Source: Candidatus Zixiibacteriota bacterium | GTDB taxonomy: Bacteria; RBG-13-66-14; B26-G2; WVWN01 | Length of the DNA: 64,000 bases | Assembly (NCBI GenBank): GCA_050117845.1 | Contig: JASFLY010000006.1 | Span: forward strand, 1-64,000 | Reading direction: 5' to 3' | Shown here: positions 59,360 to 64,000 of the stretch, piece after piece | Layout of the letters: the number at the start of each line of letters is the position of its first letter | Position numbering within the stretch: position 1 is the first letter of the stretch | Notes under the pieces: generated by a model | What the model saw: only the letters and a program-made list of their open reading frames with translations | What the model was told of the DNA's origin: nothing | Database searches by the model: none | Translations under genes and position numbers: made by a program

Positions 59360-60943
59360 ATGTCCGTCATTTATATGAAAATACTCGAGCTCATCCCGGA
59401 GCATTACGACCGGGGGATAAAGAAATTCGCGGCGACGGATTTCGAGGCCGTACGCGACGATATCGCGGCGGCGTTCCGGGCCGGCGATCGCGTCCTAGAC
59501 GTCGGCTGCGGCCCGGGCACGTTGACTCTCCTCATGGCCAGTCAGGGCGTCCGGGCGGTGGGTTGGGACCGCAACGCCGACATGGTGACCTTCGCCCGGG
59601 GCAAGGCGGCCGAGCTCGAATTGGGGGACGGCGCGACCTTCGAGGTGCGCGACGCGCCGACGGCTCCCCTCACGGCCGGCGTCTACGACGGCGTGGTAAT
59701 GTCGCTTTCCCTTTCGGAGATGCGCGGCGCCGAACAATCCGCGACGCTCGAGGCGGCTTGGCAAATGTTGAAAGCCGGCGGCAAGTTGATAATTATCGAC
59801 GAGGTGCCGCCGCGTCGTATCCTCCCGCGCGCGTGGTACTACTTCAAACGCTTCTGGCTTAAACTCGTCGTCTATTTCGTGGCCCGGGCGGTAACGAGGC
59901 CGCTCCGCGACCTGCCGGAGGCCGTGGCCGCCCGGGGATTTACGATAACCGGCCGGAAGTACTTCGAGAGCGACGCGCTGCTCTATTTGACGGCGACGAA
60001 GGACGCCGAACGCTTTCCTCCGGCAGTCCCCGAGGTCTCGGCCAAACCGACGTTCGGCGACCGGCTGGCCGACGTCGCGGCCTACCTGTCTCTCTATATG
60101 ACCTTCCTCCGCGTCGAGCCGGGCCTGTATCGCGTCGGCGCGCCGGGCTCCGACGCCCCGCTCTTCGTCACCGCCAACTTCACGCTCACGTTCAACCTCG
60201 TGCGCCGGGCCCTCCGCGGCCTGGACGCGTACCTGCTCGTCATCGACACCCGGGGAATAAACGTCTGGTGCGCCGCCGGCGGTAACAAATTCTCGACGCG
60301 GGAGGTCGCGCTGTCGTGGCGGGCGTTCCGCGTGGCCGAGGCGCCGCACCGCCGGCCGGCGGTCCTGCCGCAGCTCGCGGCGACCGGCGTAGCCAAACAC
60401 GTCCTCGGCCGGGACTACGGCATCGCGGCGGAGTACGGGCCGGTTTACGCCCGCGATATCGGGTCCTACGTCGGCGGCGGGTACCGCAAAACGAGGGAGA
60501 TGGGCCGCGTGGATTGGGGCCTGGCCAAGCGGCTCGAGGTGACGTGGTTCTTCGCGCTTATGAACGCGGCCGCGGTCGCTCTGCCGCTCGCCTTCGTCCA
60601 TCGTTTATACTCGCCGCTGGCGGTCGCGGCCGCCGCCGGGATATCGTTCGCGATCGGCGCCCTTTTCCCATGGCTGCCGACGCGCCTTTACGCGGTGAAG
60701 GGCCTGGTCGCCGGAGCGCTGGTGGCGCTGCCTCTTTTGTGGTACAAATGGTCGGCGGGCGCCGGGGCTGAGGGGTTGGCCCGGTGGGGGATATACCTCG
60801 CGTTCGCCGCCATTCTCTTGGGTATGGAGTTCTCCGGGAACACGTCGGTATCGAGCCCGTCGCGCGTACGACAAGAGTTTAAACCGGCTCTTGTGATTTT
60901 AGCGGCGTTGGCGGTGGCCTTCGTGGTCCTGATTGTGTTATAA
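59360..60943 (+). CDS. hgcA: Class I SAM methyltransferase fused to HgcA-type corrinoid membrane protein (start 59360 or 59324)
   Basis: VLDVGCGPG motif I and LKAGGKLII; then PGLYRVG.P, VTANF.LT, DTRGINVWCAAG, LPQLAA, GPV.A.DI; about 5 TM helices; FSGNTSVSSPS.V..E. Confidence 0.8.
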   Translation: MSVIYMKILELIPEHYDRGIKKFAATDFEAVRDDIAAAFRAGDRVLDVGCGPGTLTLLMASQGVRAVGWDRNADMVTFARGKAAELELGDGATFEVRDAPTAPLTAGVYDGVVMSLSLSEMRGAEQSATLEAAWQMLKAGGKLIIIDEVPPRRILPRAWYYFKRFWLKLVVYFVARAVTRPLRDLPEAVAARGFTITGRKYFESDALLYLTATKDAERFPPAVPEVSAKPTFGDRLADVAAYLSLYMTFLRVEPGLYRVGAPGSDAPLFVTANFTLTFNLVRRALRGLDAYLLVIDTRGINVWCAAGGNKFSTREVALSWRAFRVAEAPHRRPAVLPQLAATGVAKHVLGRDYGIAAEYGPVYARDIGSYVGGGYRKTREMGRVDWGLAKRLEVTWFFALMNAAAVALPLAFVHRLYSPLAVAAAAGISFAIGALFPWLPTRLYAVKGLVAGALVALPLLWYKWSAGAGAEGLARWGIYLAFAAILLGMEFSGNTSVSSPSRVRQEFKPALVILAALAVAFVVLIVL

Positions 60944-60953
60944 TAGTTTACGG

Positions 60954-61196
60954 ATGATACGAATCGACCGGGAAAAATGCATCCGTTGCGGGACGTGCGT
61001 GAGTGTTTGCCCGCAGGCCACTATCGAGATGGGGTTCGATACCTGGCCTGAGCAAGTGGCCCCGGATAGATGTATGGAGTGCGGCGCCTGCGCCCAAAAC
61101 TGCCAGGGCGAGGCGATCGACGTTGACGCCGGGGTGGGGTGCTTCAGCGCGCTTCTGCGCGAGACGTTGTTCGGCGAAGAGGCCGGCTGCGGCTGA
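60954..61196 (+). CDS. hgcB: HgcB-type 2[4Fe-4S] ferredoxin
   Basis: CIRCGTCVSVCP, CMECGACAQNC, GVGC, C-terminal Cys; 10 nt after the hgcA-like stop. Confidence 0.85.
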   Translation: MIRIDREKCIRCGTCVSVCPQATIEMGFDTWPEQVAPDRCMECGACAQNCQGEAIDVDAGVGCFSALLRETLFGEEAGCG

Positions 61197-61361
61197 GGGC
61201 CGAGAGAGGCCTGAGGTCCGGGCCCATTAATATTAAATATTCTAACGCCGCCCTCGGGGCGGTGTTTTTATTCCTCTCGGCCGCGGCGAAATATCCCGAT
61301 AACGCTAAGACAATTATATGTTACACTCCGCCCTGCGACGTCACGCGAAGGGAGACTGCTC

Positions 61362-62075
61362 ATGGAATACGATACGTGGAGTATTACGCCGCCGGAGTTG
61401 AAGGATTCGGGGTACTCGTTGCTAATGTTCAAGAGCGGCCTGACGGGCCCGTACGACGTGTGCCTGAACGAGATAGGGAAGGTCAATAACATCGGGTCCG
61501 TGAAGCACTGCTACCGGGGCGGCATAAGACTGCCGGAGGCCGAGGCCGGCGCGTTCCAGTCGTTCGAGCTGCGTTTGAAGTCGGCGGAGACGCGGAACGT
61601 CGGCCTGAACATCGCGACGCCTTTCCTGGGCGCGGACCTCAAGAACCGGTTGCTCGAATCCTCCGAGATCCGTTTCAACTACGGCGACGCGGAGGAGTTC
61701 GCCGTCGACTACATCGCCATGGAACGCTTCTTCCAGGACAACGCGCCGGAGTACATCCCGGCCAACGTTCGCGACGCCGCGGACGGCGACGTTACGATAA
61801 TCACCGGCGTCCTGCGCGTTAGGAAATTCGAGATGTACGTTTCGACCGAGGCCGAGAGCGGCCGGGGCCTCTCGCTCGACGTCGACTTCATCAACGAGAA
61901 CGTAGACGCGGGGGCGGGCTTCGAGGCCGGCGCCGAGAGCGTCGAGGGCGTCACCTATAAGGTCTCTTTCTCGAGCGAGGACCGGTACTTACCGCTAGCG
62001 GCCGCTCGGCGGCTCCTTATCTACAACGACGCCACGGAGCGGCTGCTCCTGGGCCACGAGCCGTACAGGCCGTAG
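61362..62075 (+). CDS. Hypothetical protein, candidate bacterial gasdermin-like
   Basis: Clean ORF with GGGAG RBS and host-like codon use; motif order resembles bacterial gasdermins (see findings); family call tentative. Confidence 0.55.
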   Translation: MEYDTWSITPPELKDSGYSLLMFKSGLTGPYDVCLNEIGKVNNIGSVKHCYRGGIRLPEAEAGAFQSFELRLKSAETRNVGLNIATPFLGADLKNRLLESSEIRFNYGDAEEFAVDYIAMERFFQDNAPEYIPANVRDAADGDVTIITGVLRVRKFEMYVSTEAESGRGLSLDVDFINENVDAGAGFEAGAESVEGVTYKVSFSSEDRYLPLAAARRLLIYNDATERLLLGHEPYRP

Positions 62076-62132
62076 GTAGGGGGATTATTGGGGCCGACGT
62101 TCCCGTCGGCCGAGGAATACTAGTTAGCTAAT

Positions 62133-62165
62133 AAAAAACGGCGGCCTTTAAGGCCGCCGCTTCTT
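62133..62165. terminator. Bidirectional terminator
   Basis: A run, CGGCGGCCT-tta-AGGCCGCCG, T-rich tail; convergent genes. Confidence 0.8.
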
Positions 62166-62177
62166 GTTTTCTCTTCG

Positions 62178-62300
62178 GCCGGCTGAAGCCGGCGTTTACG
62201 CTGTGCGGGTCAGGGACCGTCCCCTAAAGGGGACGGTATGAAGAGCCGGCCGTTAACGCTTCGCTGGTCAAACGTGGCGACAAGGGGCTCAAGCCCCTTG

Positions 62301-62301
<1 letters not shown>
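62178..62301. repeat. Cluster of REP-like hairpins related to those at 51.7-51.9 kb
   Basis: GCCGGC-tgaa-GCCGGC (62178), ACCGTCCCC-taaa-GGGGACGGT (62216), ACAAGGGGC-tcaa-GCCCCTTGT (62280). Confidence 0.8.

Positions 62302-64000
<1,699 letters not shown>

Noticed and set aside
59360..60943. Wood-Ljungdahl corrinoid Fe-S protein (AcsC/CdhE)
   Set aside because: Has the cap-helix Cys, TM domain and HgcB-type neighbour; lacks AcsC Fe-S domain and acs gene context.
60936..60944. TGtTATAAT internal promoter for hgcB
   Set aside because: Overlaps the hgcA stop codon and could arise by chance; no independent support.
61194..61260. Selenocysteine read-through of the hgcB TGA
   Set aside because: Protein already ends at a normal HgcB length with a tail Cys; no convincing SECIS recognised, although this was judged by eye only.

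Overview
64 kb from a high-GC, probably anaerobic diderm bacterium (T9SS-like C-terminal domain and Omp85 suggest an FCB-affiliated or similar candidate lineage; this is inference). 1-15.7 kb: end of tuf plus the S10-spc-alpha ribosomal superoperon (no rpmD; long tails on L22 and S5). 15.9-29.8 kb: a 19-gene co-directional oxygen/peroxide-defence island headed by a Fur/PerR regulator. 29.9-49.3 kb: ychF-rpsF-ssb-rpsR-rplI-dnaB-alr, cell-envelope and housekeeping genes. 49.4-62.1 kb is the accessory region of most interest: (i) four paralogous glycine-rich membrane proteins ending in a beta-signal-like C-terminus, flanking a POTRA-less Omp85; (ii) REP-like hairpins that have duplicated the 3' end of the Omp85 gene; (iii) six tandem secreted paralogues sharing a C-terminal P(S/T)SxGRVKALY(Y/H) tail, a candidate sorting signal; (iv) an hgcA-hgcB mercury-methylation-type pair in which HgcA carries an N-terminal SAM-dependent methyltransferase domain; (v) an orphan ORF resembling bacterial gasdermin. 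The window ends in a membrane pyrophosphatase (hppA). No rRNA, tRNA, CRISPR array or transposase was recognised. All calls come from reading motifs by eye; no searches were run.
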